The notes beneath the pieces were generated by a model that was not told the origin of the DNA, did not search any database, and saw only the letters and a program-made list of their open reading frames with translations. Position numbers and translations under genes: made by a program. From the NCBI GenBank assembly GCA_963614595.1, contig CAVECL010000006.1, positions 120-64,119 on the forward strand: DNA of 64,000 bases, written 5' to 3'. The DNA comes from Parasutterella excrementihominis (GTDB taxonomy: Bacteria > Bacillota_I > Bacilli_A > RFN20 > CAG-826). Positions 62,712-64,000 of this stretch are shown one piece after another (the first letter of the stretch is position 1; each line of letters begins with the position of its first letter).

Positions 62712-64000
62712 ATGAAGATCAAAAAGAACCTCATTTTGCTCGTCCTAGGGCTTTGCTCGATGTTTTTATCGGCGGCTTTGATATTCGCCTGTTCCTTCGA
62801 TACCTTTGGAGGGAAGGAAGTCTATTTCAGCTCTACTTATAAAGAAGATAATGTCACCCTTAACGGGACTTATTTTGAAAAGAAAGACGCCGAATATGCG
62901 GTGCTCATCTGCCCTGGCTACTCCTGCGATAGAGCCAAGTGGCGCCCGATGGCGGGCGTTTTCTTGAAGAATAACATGTCCGTGATGACTTTCGATTACT
63001 CAGGGCAAGGCAATTCTTTTGGAAGAATCGGCTTCGACAACGCGAAGACCGATGAGATCCCCAAGGAAATCGACGACGCGGTCACTTATCTTCACGAGAT
63101 TTCTTCAATCGATTACGAGAACATCATCCTCATGGGCCATTCGATGGGAGGCAGGGCCATCCTCCGTTTGATGTACGACTATCACATCGAAGGCGCGGAC
63201 ACCAAAGTAAGCCATAAAGCCATCAAGAACATCATTCTTTTCTCCCCGGAAGTGAACTACAAGCATAACGCCCAAGCCTCCTTATTCGCCTCGACGGATG
63301 ACGAGAACGAGTATCCATGGAAAGACTATTCTCCCAAAGCAATCGAAGGCGTGAATGTTTACCTCTATGGCTCCACCGCGGATGACGTAGTCTCTGATTA
63401 CGACATTTTAAGAATCTCAGAGCATCTCACGGGCAAAACCGCTCAGGAAAGCGGGACAACATACTTTGAGGAAACAAATGTCTATGGTTCTAAAGTAACC
63501 GTCGGAGTCACCGGCCTCGTCCTCCATTCATATCAAATGTACTCTCCTACCTTTGCGGGATACGTCAGCAATTCCATTGAGAAAATCACCGGGAAAGCAT
63601 CTACCTATCCCTCCTTTTTGATGAGCTTCGTCTATATGGGCTGGGGATTTGGCCTTGTCGGGACCTTCCTTACGCTTCTCTCTTTGGTCGCTAGGCCAAA
63701 GCCAATCAAAGAAGGGGAGATCCTCGTGGAGGAAAAAGTCCCTGAAATCAGAAACATGAGGTCCTTCTTGCTAAGGAAGCTTCTTCTTTGGCTGCCTGGT
63801 CTTCTCACGGGTTTCCTTATCTGCTGTCTTTGCATCGCCTTGCCCTTTGGCTCGCCGGTCATGAACATCCCTTATATGTGCTGCATCGCAGGATATGGTC
63901 TGGTGATGCTCTTCTTTTATCGGAAAGGCAGGTTCAAAGGGACGCTTGGCAAATTGCCAAAGCCTTCTTTCAAGATTCATTCCTCCGCGAAAGACGTTCT
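62712..64000 (+). CDS. Membrane-associated alpha/beta hydrolase (3' end outside the window)
   Basis: Read by hand because it is absent from the ORF track (it runs off the edge). Starts MKIKKNLILLVLGLCSMFLSAALIFACS, has the nucleophile elbow GHSMGG, then C-terminal TM helices. The frame stays open to base 64000. Confidence 0.75.
   Translation, partial: MKIKKNLILLVLGLCSMFLSAALIFACSFDTFGGKEVYFSSTYKEDNVTLNGTYFEKKDAEYAVLICPGYSCDRAKWRPMAGVFLKNNMSVMTFDYSGQGNSFGRIGFDNAKTDEIPKEIDDAVTYLHEISSIDYENIILMGHSMGGRAILRLMYDYHIEGADTKVSHKAIKNIILFSPEVNYKHNAQASLFASTDDENEYPWKDYSPKAIEGVNVYLYGSTADDVVSDYDILRISEHLTGKTAQESGTTYFEETNVYGSKVTVGVTGLVLHSYQMYSPTFAGYVSNSIEKITGKASTYPSFLMSFVYMGWGFGLVGTFLTLLSLVARPKPIKEGEILVEEKVPEIRNMRSFLLRKLLLWLPGLLTGFLICCLCIALPFGSPVMNIPYMCCIAGYGLVMLFFYRKGRFKGTLGKLPKPSFKIHSSAKDV

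Overview
This is a 64-kb chromosomal window with about 46 supportable protein genes on both strands and two tRNA-Ser genes. There is no rRNA, CRISPR array or intact mobile element. The code is standard: TGA ends rdgB, the thioesterase gene and the MATE gene. Several features point to a low-GC-lineage monoderm of Mollicutes/Bacillota type. These are a ClpB lacking the N-domain behind a perfect CIRCE operator, an archaeal-type ProRS, a stand-alone plsX, many lipobox lipoproteins, and the PepF/PepC/PepP peptidases. This placement is inference only. Most of the window is housekeeping or transport: MFS, MATE, ZIP, Na/Pi, and ABC exporters. There is also an intracellular glycosidase pair. The most unusual locus is at 7.06-15.97 kb. 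It is a tightly packed same-strand module with four genes. The first encodes a single-pass membrane protein. The next two encode giant, full-length colinear paralogs of 1210 and 1158 aa, one TM-anchored and one a lipoprotein. The fourth encodes a membrane-tethered XRE regulator. I can place none of the three structural proteins in a known family. Other loci worth a second look:
- A three-gene operon (34.8-38.0 kb) built around a Vsr-like/Nudix fusion.
- A degraded accessory island next to tRNA-Ser(CGA) (58.5-61.8 kb), in which an intact COG1373-type ATPase gene is bracketed by 34-bp-periodic iteron-like repeats and by a ~28-bp direct repeat.
- A highly structured 570-bp intergenic region beside tRNA-Ser(GCU), which is a candidate ncRNA.
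- A catalytically degenerate GGDEF-EAL membrane protein.
- Unlinked hypA and hypB with no hydrogenase genes nearby.

All family calls come from motif recognition by eye. No database search was run.
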